DNA of 64,000 nt from Acidobacteriota bacterium (GTDB taxonomy: Bacteria; Acidobacteriota; Thermoanaerobaculia; Multivoradales; JBCCEF01), in assembly GCA_039028635.1 (NCBI GenBank), contig JBCCHV010000004.1, forward strand, positions 89,385-153,384. Reading direction: 5' to 3'. Every line of letters begins with the position of its first letter. Position 1 is the first letter of the stretch. Position numbers and translations under genes: made by a program. Below the pieces are notes generated by a model. That model saw only the letters and a list, made by a program, of their open reading frames with translations. It ran no database searches and was not told the DNA's origin. Below, piece by piece: positions 38,688 through 48,550 of this stretch.

Positions 38688-41171
38688 ATGAGCGAGTATC
38701 AGACGGTCACCGCCAACAAGCAGGAACACGAGCAGATCCTCGATGCATTCCGCCGCTGGGGCTATCTGCAAGCCAAGCTCGATCCCCTCGGTCGATTGCC
38801 CACACCACCGTTCGGCCAGCTCGACTTCGAGGGCGAGGTGGCCGAACAGGGGCGGCGCGCCTACTGTGGCTCGATCGCCGTCGAGTTCATGCACATCCCG
38901 GATCCCACCCGCCGGCGTTGGATCCAGGAGCGCATGGAGGGCGAAGCGCCGCCGGTCGATCATCCGCGCGTCTTCGACCGCCTGGTGCGGGCGGAAGCCT
39001 TCGAGAAGATGTTGCAGGCTCGCTACCTGGGCTCGAAGCGCTTCTCCCTCGAGGGCGTGACGGCGATCATTCCGCTGCTCGAGGAGATGCTCGATGTCGC
39101 CGCCGACGAGAATGCCGTCCAGGCGGTGGTGGCAATGAGCCATCGCGGGCGCCTCAACGTCATGGCCCACGTCGTCGGTGCTCCCTTCGAGCACCTCTTC
39201 GCCGGCTTCGAGGACGTCGATCCCAAGAGCGTCCTCGGCGGCGGTGACGTCAAGTATCACCAGGGGGCCACCGGCGTCTTCCACACCGCCCGCGGGCGTG
39301 AGATCAGCATCCACCTGGCCTCCAACCCGAGTCATCTCGAAGCCGTCGATCCGGTGGCCCTGGGTCGTACCCGGGCCAAGCAGCAGCGCCTCGGAGACGA
39401 GCAGCGCCGCCGCGTCATGCCGATTCTGCTGCACGGCGACTCGGCCTTTGCCGGTCAGGGGATCCTCGCCGAGACCCTCAACCTGAGCTCCCTCGAAGGC
39501 TTCGACGTCGGTGGCACGGTGCACGTCATCGTCAACAACATGATCGGTTTCACCACCGAGCCCCACGCCTACAACTCGACCCACTTCGCCACCGATGTGG
39601 CGCGGCGCCTGCCGGTTCCGATCTTCCACGTCAACGGCGAAGATCTCGATGCCGTGGTGCGCACGGCGCGACTGGCGGTGGAGTATCGCTATGCCTTCGG
39701 CAGCGAGGTGGTGGTCGACGTCATCGGCTACCGGCGCCATGGCCACAGCGAGGTCGACGACCCCACCATCACCCAGCCCTTGCTCTACCGCGCCCTCGAA
39801 AACCATCCCACCCTGTGGGAGATCTACGCCGAGCAGATCGGCCTCGGCGAGGCCGAGCGCAAGGCCAAGCACGACGAAGTCCGTGCCGAGCTCGAGGCGG
39901 CCCATCAGCGCGCCACCAGCATCGATAAGAAGCCGGCGCTGGCGCGACCGCCGAGCTATTGGGACGCCTACATCGGGGGCGCCTACGACGGCGCCTTCGA
40001 GGTTGACACCGGAGTCGATGGCGAAACCCTCGGCGAGCTCGCCGAGGCCCTCACCTACTACCCGCAGAGCTTCCACATCCACCCCAAGGTCAAGCGGCTG
40101 CTCGACCAGCGGGCCGAGATGGGGCAAGGCGAGCGGCCGATCGACTTCGGCATGGCGGAAGCCTTGGCGATGGCGTCGCTACTACATCAGGGGGTGCCGG
40201 TGCGCCTCTCCGGCCAGGACAGCCGGCGCGCCACCTTCAACCAGCGCCACGCCGTGCTGATCGACATCGAGGACGAGTCGGAAGTCGTGCCGCTGGCCGG
40301 CATCGCGCGCGACGACGCCTTCTTCGAGATCTACGACTCGATGCTGTCGGAAGCCGCGGTGATGGGCTTCGAGTACGGCTTTTCGCGCGACTACCCCGAG
40401 GCGCTGGTGCTGTGGGAGGCGCAATTCGGTGACTTCGCCAACGGTGCTCAGATCATCATCGATCAGTTCGTCACCGCCGCCGAGGACAAGTGGGGCTTGC
40501 TCTCGGGGTTGGTGCTGTTGCTACCGCACGGTTACGAGGGGCAAGGGCCGGAGCACTCGAGCGCCCGCTTCGAGCGCTTCCTGACGCTGGCGGCGGAGGA
40601 CAACATCCAGGTCTGTCAGCCGTCGACGGCGGGCCAGTACTTCCACCTCCTGCGGCGCCAGGCGCTGCGCAAGTGGCGCAAGCCGCTGGTGGTCTTCACC
40701 CCCAAGTCGATGCTGCGCCACAAGGACTCGACGTCCAGCCTGGCGGAGCTCGAGAGGCCGCGCTTCCTGCCGGTGGTGGGGGATGCGCAGGTCGAGAACG
40801 CCGATCGAGTTCTGGTGTGCAGCGGCAAGATCGGTCATGAGCTGCTGCGTCAGCGGCAGCGCGGTGGCGACGACGCGACGGCGGTGGTCTTCCTCGACCA
40901 GCTCTACCCCTTCCCGAAGCACGAGCTGCGCGCCGAGCTCGAGCGCCACCCCCAGGCTCGGCAGCTCATCTGGGTGCAGGAAGAGCCGGCCAACATGGGG
41001 CCCCTCAACTTCGTTCTGCCGCGCCTGCGCCGCCTGGTGACGGATCGCATCAAAGTGCGCTCGATCAAGCGCTCCGCCAGCGCCAGCCCGGCGACCGGCT
41101 CTGCCAAGGCCCACTCGATCGAGCAGAAGACTCTTCTCGAGCTGGCTTTCTCGCGGCGCAAGGAGGACTAG
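38688..41171 (+). CDS. sucA: 2-oxoglutarate dehydrogenase E1 component
   Basis: TPP-dependent E1o blocks throughout (RFSLEGVTAIIPLL, HRGRLNV, GDSAFAGQG, and the C-terminal OGDH_C). About 827 aa from MSEYQ, which is short at the N-terminus relative to the E. coli enzyme. Confidence 0.85.
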   Translation: MSEYQTVTANKQEHEQILDAFRRWGYLQAKLDPLGRLPTPPFGQLDFEGEVAEQGRRAYCGSIAVEFMHIPDPTRRRWIQERMEGEAPPVDHPRVFDRLVRAEAFEKMLQARYLGSKRFSLEGVTAIIPLLEEMLDVAADENAVQAVVAMSHRGRLNVMAHVVGAPFEHLFAGFEDVDPKSVLGGGDVKYHQGATGVFHTARGREISIHLASNPSHLEAVDPVALGRTRAKQQRLGDEQRRRVMPILLHGDSAFAGQGILAETLNLSSLEGFDVGGTVHVIVNNMIGFTTEPHAYNSTHFATDVARRLPVPIFHVNGEDLDAVVRTARLAVEYRYAFGSEVVVDVIGYRRHGHSEVDDPTITQPLLYRALENHPTLWEIYAEQIGLGEAERKAKHDEVRAELEAAHQRATSIDKKPALARPPSYWDAYIGGAYDGAFEVDTGVDGETLGELAEALTYYPQSFHIHPKVKRLLDQRAEMGQGERPIDFGMAEALAMASLLHQGVPVRLSGQDSRRATFNQRHAVLIDIEDESEVVPLAGIARDDAFFEIYDSMLSEAAVMGFEYGFSRDYPEALVLWEAQFGDFANGAQIIIDQFVTAAEDKWGLLSGLVLLLPHGYEGQGPEHSSARFERFLTLAAEDNIQVCQPSTAGQYFHLLRRQALRKWRKPLVVFTPKSMLRHKDSTSSLAELERPRFLPVVGDAQVENADRVLVCSGKIGHELLRQRQRGGDDATAVVFLDQLYPFPKHELRAELERHPQARQLIWVQEEPANMGPLNFVLPRLRRLVTDRIKVRSIKRSASASPATGSAKAHSIEQKTLLELAFSRRKED

Positions 41172-41174
41172 CTC

Positions 41175-42356
41175 TTGGGGCGCATCGTTGCGCTGGGGAC
41201 CGCTCTGCTGCTGGTTTTCGGGGGACTGCAGGCGGCAGCAGACGAGAGCGTTTCGAGCCTCGACCGGCAGGGCCTGATCGCCGCCGCGGAGGCCAGCCGC
41301 AGCGATGCCCTCTACGTCACCGTCGGTGACCAGGTGGTGATCGACTGGCGTCCGGAGGGCCAGCATCCGCAGCCCTACGAGCTGATGTCGGCGGTCAAGT
41401 CGGTGGTCGCCCTCGCCATCGGCCGGCTCCTCTCCCTCGGGCACCTCGAGAGCCTCGACCAGCCGGTCCATGGCTTTTTCCCGGAGTGGAAGCAGGGGCG
41501 CAAGCAGCAGATCACGGTCCGCCATCTGCTCAATCACACCTCCGGCCTGCAGAACGTCCCCAGCGCCGGCGCCGAGATCTATCCCAGCCCCGATGCGGTG
41601 CGCCTGGCCCTCGCCGCCGAGCTCGATCACGCCCCCGGGGAACACTTCTCCTACAACAACAAGGCGGTGAATTTGCTCGCCGGCATTGTCGAGCGGGCGT
41701 CCGGCCAGCGCATGGACCTCTTCATCCAGAAGCAGCTCTTCGCTCTCCTCGGCATCAAGACCTATCAGTGGTACTTCGATGCTTCGGGATCGCCTCATGC
41801 CATGGCCGGACTGCGGCTCTACGCGGCGGATGTCGCCAAGCTCGGCCGCCTGGTGCTCGACCGCGGCCAGTGGCAGGGAGAAGCGTTGCTCGCTGCCGAC
41901 TTCGTCGACCAGATGCTGGCTCCCGGCCAGGAGCACTACCCGCTGGCCGGTTTGCTCTGGTGGCGCCATGCCGGCTCGCAGGAGATCGAGCTGGCGGCGA
42001 CCGCCGATCTCGAGACTCTCCCCTGGCTCGCGGCCTTCGCTGGCAAGACCTTCTCTTCCTGGGGCGAAGTGCGCGAGCTCCTGCCGCAGGCAATGGGATC
42101 CCCGGAGAAGGCGCGCCGCTGGCTCGGGAATCACGGCCGGGCGGCGCTGCGAGAGCACTTCGACTGGCGTCTCGGAGAGATCGACGCCTACTACGGCGAG
42201 GGCTACCTCGGGCAGTACCTGGTAGTGGTGCCGGCGGCCGACCTGGTGGCGGTGCGTCAGATCGATTCGAAGCCGGGTCTCGACCGCGATACGGAGTTCC
42301 GAGACTTCGTGAAGCAGGTGGTGCGCTTCGCCAGCGCTATGCCGACCGCAGACTAG
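41175..42356 (+). CDS. beta-lactamase-family serine hydrolase (secreted)
   Basis: Signal peptide. SxxK motif (MSAVKSV) and the YNN/YSN-like box (HFSYNNKAV) of class C/ serine esterases. Confidence 0.7.
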   Translation: MGRIVALGTALLLVFGGLQAAADESVSSLDRQGLIAAAEASRSDALYVTVGDQVVIDWRPEGQHPQPYELMSAVKSVVALAIGRLLSLGHLESLDQPVHGFFPEWKQGRKQQITVRHLLNHTSGLQNVPSAGAEIYPSPDAVRLALAAELDHAPGEHFSYNNKAVNLLAGIVERASGQRMDLFIQKQLFALLGIKTYQWYFDASGSPHAMAGLRLYAADVAKLGRLVLDRGQWQGEALLAADFVDQMLAPGQEHYPLAGLLWWRHAGSQEIELAATADLETLPWLAAFAGKTFSSWGEVRELLPQAMGSPEKARRWLGNHGRAALREHFDWRLGEIDAYYGEGYLGQYLVVVPAADLVAVRQIDSKPGLDRDTEFRDFVKQVVRFASAMPTAD

Positions 42357-42385
42357 GCAAGGGCCGGTGTAGGCTCGGCGCCATC

Positions 42386-42604
42386 ATGAAAGACGAGCCC
42401 CGCGCCCACCGCGGCTTTCGCTGGGCCCTGACGTTGACCGCTCTGGGCACCGTGCCCTTTCCCTTCATCGGCCGCGAGCCGATGGCGTGGCTGGGCTTGC
42501 CCGTTTGGCTGTGGTGGAGCGGTGCTTTCACCCTCGCCCTTTCCTGCGTCACCGCCTGGGGGTTGACCCGCTACTGGCGGGACGACGGTGAGGGGGAGCC
42601 GTGA
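42386..42604 (+). CDS. DUF3311-family small membrane protein
   Basis: 72 aa with two Trp-rich TM segments. A GTGA overlap with the downstream SSS transporter, which is the conserved DUF3311-SSS gene pair. Confidence 0.5.
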   Translation: MKDEPRAHRGFRWALTLTALGTVPFPFIGREPMAWLGLPVWLWWSGAFTLALSCVTAWGLTRYWRDDGEGEP

Positions 42605-44064
42605 CCGACCTCGGCCGCGACCTGGTGCTGGCCGCCGGGGGCTACGTGGCGCTCTTGCTGCTTGTGGGGGCGCTGGCCAGGCGCGCCTTGCGTGAGCGCA
42701 CCCTCAGCGACTTCTACCTCGCCGGACGGCGTCTCGGCCTGATGGTGTTGCTGCTCACCCTCTTCGCCACCCAATACAGCGGCAACTCCCTGTCCGGGTT
42801 TCCGGGGCAAACCTACCGCCAGGGCCTGGCCTACTTCATGAGCGTCACCTTCATGGTGGCGATCGTCGCCGGCTACACCCTGTTCGTGCCGTCCCTCTTC
42901 GCCCGCTCGCGGCGAGGCTCCTTCGTGACGCCGACGGATTTCCTGGCGCGGCGCTTCGGCAGCCCGCTGCTCAACTACCTGTCGGCGACCATTTTCGTGG
43001 TCACCTTGTTCAACTACCTGCTGGCCCAGTTGATGGCCATGGGCCATGCCTTCGCTGGCCTCACCAACGGCGCCGTGCCCTTCGCCACGGCGGTGCTGGT
43101 AGGGGCGGTGGTGATTCTGGTCTACGAGCTTCTCGGCGGCATGCGGGCAGTGGCCTGGACCGACGTTCTGCAAGGCGGCCTGCTGTTCAGCGGGCTCTTG
43201 CTGGTCGTAGTGCTGCTGTCGTTCGAGGTCGGCTCACCGGCGGATGTGATCGCGTCCGTCGAGGCGGTGGCGCCAGAGAAGGTGGCGAGTCCTGACTTGA
43301 GTATGTGCCTGGTGTGGGCGAGCAACTTCTTGCTCCTCGGCCTGGGGGCGCCTCTCTATCCCCAGGCAATCCAGCGAATCTACGCCGCCCGCAGCATGGT
43401 CACCCTGCGGCGAGCCCTGAGCGGGATGGCCTTTCTGCCCCTCATCGCGATCACCACAGTGGTCTGGATCGGTCTCGCCGGCATCGCCCTCTTCCCGGGT
43501 CTCGAGGGGGCCGAAACGGATCAGATCACCTTCCGTGTGCTCGCCTACCTGGTCGAAGCGCAGCCCCTCGCCTACCTGCCGGTGCTGGCGGTGATGATGG
43601 CGGTGGTGGCGGCGATCATGTCGACCGCCGATTCCTGCCTGCTGTCCCTGTCCTCCATCTTCACCAAGGACTTTCTGGCCCGCGCCCGCGGCCTCGACAA
43701 CGCCGAAGCCGAGCGCCTGCTGCGCTGGGGACCCTGGTTCAGCATCGCGGTCATGGCCTTGCTGGTCGGGGTCGCCCTGGCCCCTCGGATCACCCTCTGG
43801 GGTTTGCTGGTGATCAAGTTCGAGATCCTGATCCAGATGTCTCCCGCCTTCGTCCTCGGCACGCTCCACGAGGCCGACGACCGGCGCGCCTACAGCGCCC
43901 GCGACATCCTCCTCGGCCTCACTCTGGGCCTCGGCCTGGCGGTCACCCTGTACGCCTTGGGATTGCGCAACGTCGGCGGGATCCACGCCGGCGTGCTGGG
44001 GGTGGTGGTGAATTACCTGACGGCGGTGGGTTCGCGGACCCTGCGTCTTCAGCGCGCGGCGTAG
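42601..44064 (+). CDS. sodium:solute symporter (SSS) family transporter
   Basis: 13-TM SSS profile (DFYLAGRRLG, GGMRAVAWTDVLQG). Confidence 0.8.
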   Translation: MTDLGRDLVLAAGGYVALLLLVGALARRALRERTLSDFYLAGRRLGLMVLLLTLFATQYSGNSLSGFPGQTYRQGLAYFMSVTFMVAIVAGYTLFVPSLFARSRRGSFVTPTDFLARRFGSPLLNYLSATIFVVTLFNYLLAQLMAMGHAFAGLTNGAVPFATAVLVGAVVILVYELLGGMRAVAWTDVLQGGLLFSGLLLVVVLLSFEVGSPADVIASVEAVAPEKVASPDLSMCLVWASNFLLLGLGAPLYPQAIQRIYAARSMVTLRRALSGMAFLPLIAITTVVWIGLAGIALFPGLEGAETDQITFRVLAYLVEAQPLAYLPVLAVMMAVVAAIMSTADSCLLSLSSIFTKDFLARARGLDNAEAERLLRWGPWFSIAVMALLVGVALAPRITLWGLLVIKFEILIQMSPAFVLGTLHEADDRRAYSARDILLGLTLGLGLAVTLYALGLRNVGGIHAGVLGVVVNYLTAVGSRTLRLQRAA

Positions 44065-44768
44065 GCGGCCTTCAGCTCGGCCTGGACCTCTTCCGGCAGG
44101 CGCCGGGTGCCTTCCCGGAAGGTCAGGCCGGACATGCGGTCGAGGCGCGAGCGCACCCAGGCGGCGACCTTGTCGGGGGTCTTCTGGCTGGCCTCTCGCA
44201 GCACCCAACCGATCGCCTTGCGCAGAAAGAACTCCTTCTCCTCGAGCAGGTGGTCGGCGTAGCGGCTGAAGCGCGGCCAGTCGCCACGGCCCTCGCGCAG
44301 GGGGATGAGCAACGCCAGGAGCGAGGCGCGCTGGAGCCAGAAGTTGTCGTCCCGGTTCCAGCGATCGAGGGCGGCGCGGCCGGCGGCCGGAAAACGCTCG
44401 ACCAGCGAGCCGGCGAGGCGCACCGACAGCTCGTCGACGTGGGCCCAGGTGTTGGCTTTGCGCAGCAGGTTCTCGGTGAGCGCCAGATCTTCCGCCGTCA
44501 GCAGTCCGACCCGTAAGGCGAGGGCCTGGGCCCCGAAGGTACGCAGCTCGTGGACCCGGGTTTGCCACAGTCGGTGGGCCAGGGCGACCAGCTCGGCTCG
44601 GCCAATCTCCGGCCGGGCCTTGAGCCAACGGCGGACCTCGCGCCGAATGGTCGGCACTTTGACACCGAGGAACTCCAGGTCGCTCTTCAGGTAGCGTTTC
44701 TCGTTGGTAGCGCGCTCGGCCGTGCCGAGGGCGGCGAGGGTGGCTCGGATGTCGGCGATCGAGTCCAT
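44049..44768 (-). CDS. DNA alkylation repair enzyme (AlkD/AlkC-like HEAT-repeat glycosylase)
   Basis: 239 aa from MDSIADIRA, matching the DNA_alkylation family (NEKRYLKSDLEFLGVKVP ... WAHVDEL ... NFWLQRASLLAL). Confidence 0.7.
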   Translation of the reverse strand: MDSIADIRATLAALGTAERATNEKRYLKSDLEFLGVKVPTIRREVRRWLKARPEIGRAELVALAHRLWQTRVHELRTFGAQALALRVGLLTAEDLALTENLLRKANTWAHVDELSVRLAGSLVERFPAAGRAALDRWNRDDNFWLQRASLLALLIPLREGRGDWPRFSRYADHLLEEKEFFLRKAIGWVLREASQKTPDKVAAWVRSRLDRMSGLTFREGTRRLPEEVQAELKAAYAAR

Positions 44769-44793
44769 GGCCGCCACCCTACCGGATGTCTGC

Positions 44794-46422
44794 TCAGTCC
44801 TTCGAGGCGGCGAGACGCAGCACCATGTTCTCGAGCGGCAGCTCGGCCTTGACCCAGCGGGCCGGTCGTTGCGGTGAAGGCTGCCAGGGCTTTCCCGCCA
44901 GGGCATCGCGGAAGGCGAGGCGACCGAGCAACTGGTAGCTGGAGAGCCGAAAGGGGCGACCCTCTCCGGCCAGAGATTCGGGTTGGTCCGAGAGGTGGTG
45001 GTGGAGGTGGGGAGCCAGGCTGTGACCCGAGTTTCCGATCTCGGCGATCGGCTCTCCCGCGGCGACGCGGTCGCCGGGCGCAACCCGGATCGAGCCGGCG
45101 CGCAGATGGGCGTAGGTCGAGTAGCGGCCGTCGCCTTCGTCGATCACCACCGTATTGCCGGTGAGCGCGGCACGATTCGAATGCAGGGCCGCCTGCTCGG
45201 CGCCGGGAGGGTGGTCGGTCTGGTGGTCGCGAACCGAATGGACTCTGCCGCCGGCCATCGCCAGCACCGCTTCGCCGAAGCCGTACCAGTGGTGATTTTC
45301 GGAGCCATCTTCGGCAAACAGGCGACCGTCCGGTCCGAGGCGCGCCCAGTCGACGGCGAAGCGCTGAGCCAGGCTGGTCGAACCGTTCAGAGCGATCAGG
45401 GCGCGGCGATGGCCCGACGCGTTCGAGGGGCCGCGCAGGGCGACCCAGGTGCCCGCGCCGACCGGCGCGGCGAGGATCGGCTCGGGCGATTCCTCGACCT
45501 CGAGGGGGGCGGTTGACAGATCTTCCAGGCGCTCGTCGGTGGTGGTTTCGACCCGGTGACTCACCTTCTTCGGGGCCTCCGTACCGGCAGCGAGGGCGAG
45601 CCAGAGGTAGGCGATGGCGCGTCCTCCGGGAGACAGCCGACCGGGTGCTGCCGAAGGGTTGCCAACGGTGGCCAGTCGGCGGTGCAGGGCCTCGCCCTCC
45701 CAGGCGGCGATCTCGTCACCGGACTCCCCGAGCACAGCGAGGCGAGTGATCTGTCGCGCCGTGGTGCCGAAGTTGGTGAGATGGAGCTCGTAGACCAGGT
45801 GCTTTCTGCCGAGGGCATCGACCACCTGGGGCGCGGTCTGAGCCTGGACTTCGAGGGGGCTCTCGCCGGCGAGCTGGCCTTGGACCGCGGGCGCGAACCC
45901 TGTGATCCCGACAAACAGGGACAGCAGCACCGCGATGCCTGCCTTGCGCAGCAGCTCGTCGCGGCGGTGTAGGAGCGCCCGGTGTCGCTGGCGGGCTTGC
46001 CGCAGCGCCAGGCCGGCGATGGTGACCAGCGCCGCGCCGAAGGCGCTCGCCGTCAGCCCCAGGTGCCGCAGATCGGCCTGGGTCAGAGCCAGGGTGACGG
46101 CACCGGCAGTGAAGGCCCCGGTGACGACCACCGCGAGCCGGCCGGCGATCAGGCGGTGCTCGGCGAGGAGGACGTGGCGGCGGCTCAGGGTCCAGGCGAA
46201 GAACACTGCCCAGGCGACCGCCAAGGCCAGCAGGCCGGCGAAGGCCAGTTGAGTGCGAACCGGCAGTCCCGGCTCGGTCAGCCAGAGGGAGGCGACGGCA
46301 ACGGCACCCAGGAGGTCGAACAAGAGCAGCAGGAGGTAGACGATGCGCCGCCGCGGCGACAGCTCGGCAGCGAGTTTGCGCTGCATGACCTCGACGGTGG
46401 GGCGCGGTGAGGTCGGCTTCAT
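44794..46422 (-). CDS. membrane protein with C-terminal M23 (LytM-type) metallopeptidase domain; putative anti-sigma factor
   Basis: 4-5 N-terminal TM helices. M23 motifs HYGFGE (HxxxD-like) and SGHSLAPHLHHHL (HxH). The ATGA overlap with the upstream ECF sigma stop suggests coupling. Confidence 0.7.
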   Translation of the reverse strand: MKPTSPRPTVEVMQRKLAAELSPRRRIVYLLLLLFDLLGAVAVASLWLTEPGLPVRTQLAFAGLLALAVAWAVFFAWTLSRRHVLLAEHRLIAGRLAVVVTGAFTAGAVTLALTQADLRHLGLTASAFGAALVTIAGLALRQARQRHRALLHRRDELLRKAGIAVLLSLFVGITGFAPAVQGQLAGESPLEVQAQTAPQVVDALGRKHLVYELHLTNFGTTARQITRLAVLGESGDEIAAWEGEALHRRLATVGNPSAAPGRLSPGGRAIAYLWLALAAGTEAPKKVSHRVETTTDERLEDLSTAPLEVEESPEPILAAPVGAGTWVALRGPSNASGHRRALIALNGSTSLAQRFAVDWARLGPDGRLFAEDGSENHHWYGFGEAVLAMAGGRVHSVRDHQTDHPPGAEQAALHSNRAALTGNTVVIDEGDGRYSTYAHLRAGSIRVAPGDRVAAGEPIAEIGNSGHSLAPHLHHHLSDQPESLAGEGRPFRLSSYQLLGRLAFRDALAGKPWQPSPQRPARWVKAELPLENMVLRLAASKD

Positions 46423-46997
46423 GATGAGAGCTCCTCGGAGGTGATTCCTCGGGCTTCGAGAAAGGTGCGAAGAAGGCGTCGCGATCGATGCAGGCGCGAT
46501 TTCACCGTGCCCACGGGTACGCCCTGGACCTCGGCGATGTCGCGCAGCTCGAGCTCTCGCAGGTAGAAGAGAACCGTCGCTTCGCGATCCCAGGGCTCGA
46601 GCTCCTCGAGGGCTTGGGTAAGGAGCTCGAGGTCTTCCCACGGCAGCTCCGGCTCGCGAGCCGCCCTCGGCTCCTCGGCGAGGGGCTCGAGGTGGCTCTC
46701 GCCGGCCCGCGCTCGCAGGCGATCGACAAACGCGCGGCGCAGGATCGAGAACAGCCAGGGGCGGAGCCGAGACGGCTGTCGCAGGGCGGGCAGGGCGCGC
46801 AGGATGCGCAGCCAGCCGTCCTGCAAGATCTCCTCGGCCAACGCCGGGTCGCCACACATGGCGAGCACGTAGCGCCACAGCGGTCCGTGCCAGCGCGCCA
46901 CCAGCTCATCGAAGGCAGCGGCCTCGCCGAGCTGACAGCGCACCGCCAACAGCTCGCTGTCACGGTCCGCGGTGGGGGATGGAGGTCTCTGGTTCAT
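46419..46997 (-). CDS. ECF RNA polymerase sigma factor
   Basis: Region 2 (EEILQDGWLRILRAL) and region 4 (LRDIAEVQGVPVGTVKSRLHRSRRLL). Confidence 0.8.
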   Translation of the reverse strand: MNQRPPSPTADRDSELLAVRCQLGEAAAFDELVARWHGPLWRYVLAMCGDPALAEEILQDGWLRILRALPALRQPSRLRPWLFSILRRAFVDRLRARAGESHLEPLAEEPRAAREPELPWEDLELLTQALEELEPWDREATVLFYLRELELRDIAEVQGVPVGTVKSRLHRSRRLLRTFLEARGITSEELSS

Positions 46998-47122
46998 CGC
47001 CGTCTCTCGCTCCTACCAGTCGGTGAGGAGAGGGTCGAGGTTCACGGCGGCACCGGTCGAGAGTTGAGAGGGTTTATCGTATTGTCTGAGTAATATTTTA
47101 ATTGTTGTCGCCGGGAGGGAAG

Positions 47123-48292
47123 ATGGTGAGACGATCGCTGTGGAGCCTTGTCTTCATATGGATGGCCGTCGCTCCAGCCTGCGGAGCAGCCTTGTCATCG
47201 CAGGCTGACGATCCGAGGGCGGACGCTGTTGGCGAAGCAGTCGTCGCGGCTGCCGAACGTGCCGAGGTCGCTGCCGAACGAGCCGAACAGGCCGCGATGC
47301 GTGGGGACCGAGCTTCCAAGAAGGCCGACACGCTGGTGGGTGCGATGCAGGTCTTCGTGGCGGTGCTCGCTTTCATTCTGGTCGTAGCTGGTTCGATCGG
47401 ATTACTGGAGCTGCGAAATCTTCGCGAGGCTCGCCAACAGGCCGAAGCCCAAGTCGCCGAGATTCGGAAAATGCGGGACTCTCTGGGAGAGAGCTGGGCT
47501 CGCTTTGTGCGAGAGGCTCTCGAGCGACTGGAGGCGCTCGGGTCTTACATTGACGGAACCCATCCCGAGATGGAGCGTACCGACGAGTTCTTGGATGCCG
47601 ATCGCGTGGCCATTGTTGGTGATGCGCTCGGGCTCGCCAGGGATCCGAACACCCGATTCGACATCCTCTTTCGGCTGGGACGCCACTGGAAGAGTCAAGG
47701 ATTCTATGCCCGCGCCTTGCAGCGGTTCGAGCGGAGCCGGGAGTTGGCGGTAGACCTCAATGCCAGCAGTTGTGGAAAGGCCCGAGCCCTGAACTTCATG
47801 GCGCTGACGCTGATTGAATGGGCGGAGACGCTCAGCAAGCGATCGACCCAGCAGGTGACCGCCGGTCACGAGGACTCGTCACGCTCGGCGGGTGCGTCAC
47901 TACTTCAGGAGGCCGAAGGCATCTTGGTTCCGCTGCTTGGCGCGGGGGCCGAGGTCAGTGTCGAGACCCTTTTCGTTCAAGGCAAGCTGGAGTGGGCTCA
48001 GAGGCGACTGGACCAAGCCCTCGGCACTTATGCCGCAGTCATCGAACGGGCTCGCAACAGTGCAGATGAGGAGGAGAGAGCCGATGGCTACCGAGCGATC
48101 TACAACACGGCTTGCGCCCTCTGTGACCGCCGAAAGGAAGGAGACCTCTACCGTGCGATGGGCTTCCTGGAATCTCTTCCCAGGTCGGAAGGTTGGGCGC
48201 GATGGGCTGGAGAGGATGAAGACTTGCAGCCGCTGAGGGATGACCCGAACCTAGGGCCTCGGTTCGAGAGATTTACTTTTACCGAGAGGTAG
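47123..48292 (+). CDS. hypothetical protein (N-terminal signal/TM, helical repeats) in lower-GC segment
   Basis: Preceded by the AT-rich stretch TATCGTATTGTCTGAGTAATATTTTAATTGTTG and a GGGAGGGAAG RBS. No family was recognised. Confidence 0.5.
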   Translation: MVRRSLWSLVFIWMAVAPACGAALSSQADDPRADAVGEAVVAAAERAEVAAERAEQAAMRGDRASKKADTLVGAMQVFVAVLAFILVVAGSIGLLELRNLREARQQAEAQVAEIRKMRDSLGESWARFVREALERLEALGSYIDGTHPEMERTDEFLDADRVAIVGDALGLARDPNTRFDILFRLGRHWKSQGFYARALQRFERSRELAVDLNASSCGKARALNFMALTLIEWAETLSKRSTQQVTAGHEDSSRSAGASLLQEAEGILVPLLGAGAEVSVETLFVQGKLEWAQRRLDQALGTYAAVIERARNSADEEERADGYRAIYNTACALCDRRKEGDLYRAMGFLESLPRSEGWARWAGEDEDLQPLRDDPNLGPRFERFTFTER

Positions 48293-48550
48293 CTGGGCTG
48301 CTGGCGGTCGCTGGGGTTCAGGGCGAACCCAGAGCGAGTCGCTAGAACTTGGTGATGTCGTCGTTGGTCTTCATGATTCTCCGATCGTAGTGCCTAGTTG
48401 AAGAATTCTCAAGCTCATTCTCGACTGGCCCTCGAGAAGCCTCGACCATGAAAACGCGTTTCGGCGCCGAAAATTCCTGCACTGGGGGCGAGGGTTGGAG
48501 GAGGTCATGCCGTTGTTTCCAACGGCATGACTCGGGTCTCTCTTCGCCGA

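Noticed and set aside
35985-40127. 1380-aa ORF on the minus strand
   Set aside because: It is antisense to sucA and out of frame with the PIG-L deacetylase gene. The composition is extremely Arg/Gly/Pro-rich, which is typical of spurious open frames in 70% GC DNA. The overlapping genes have clear family signatures.
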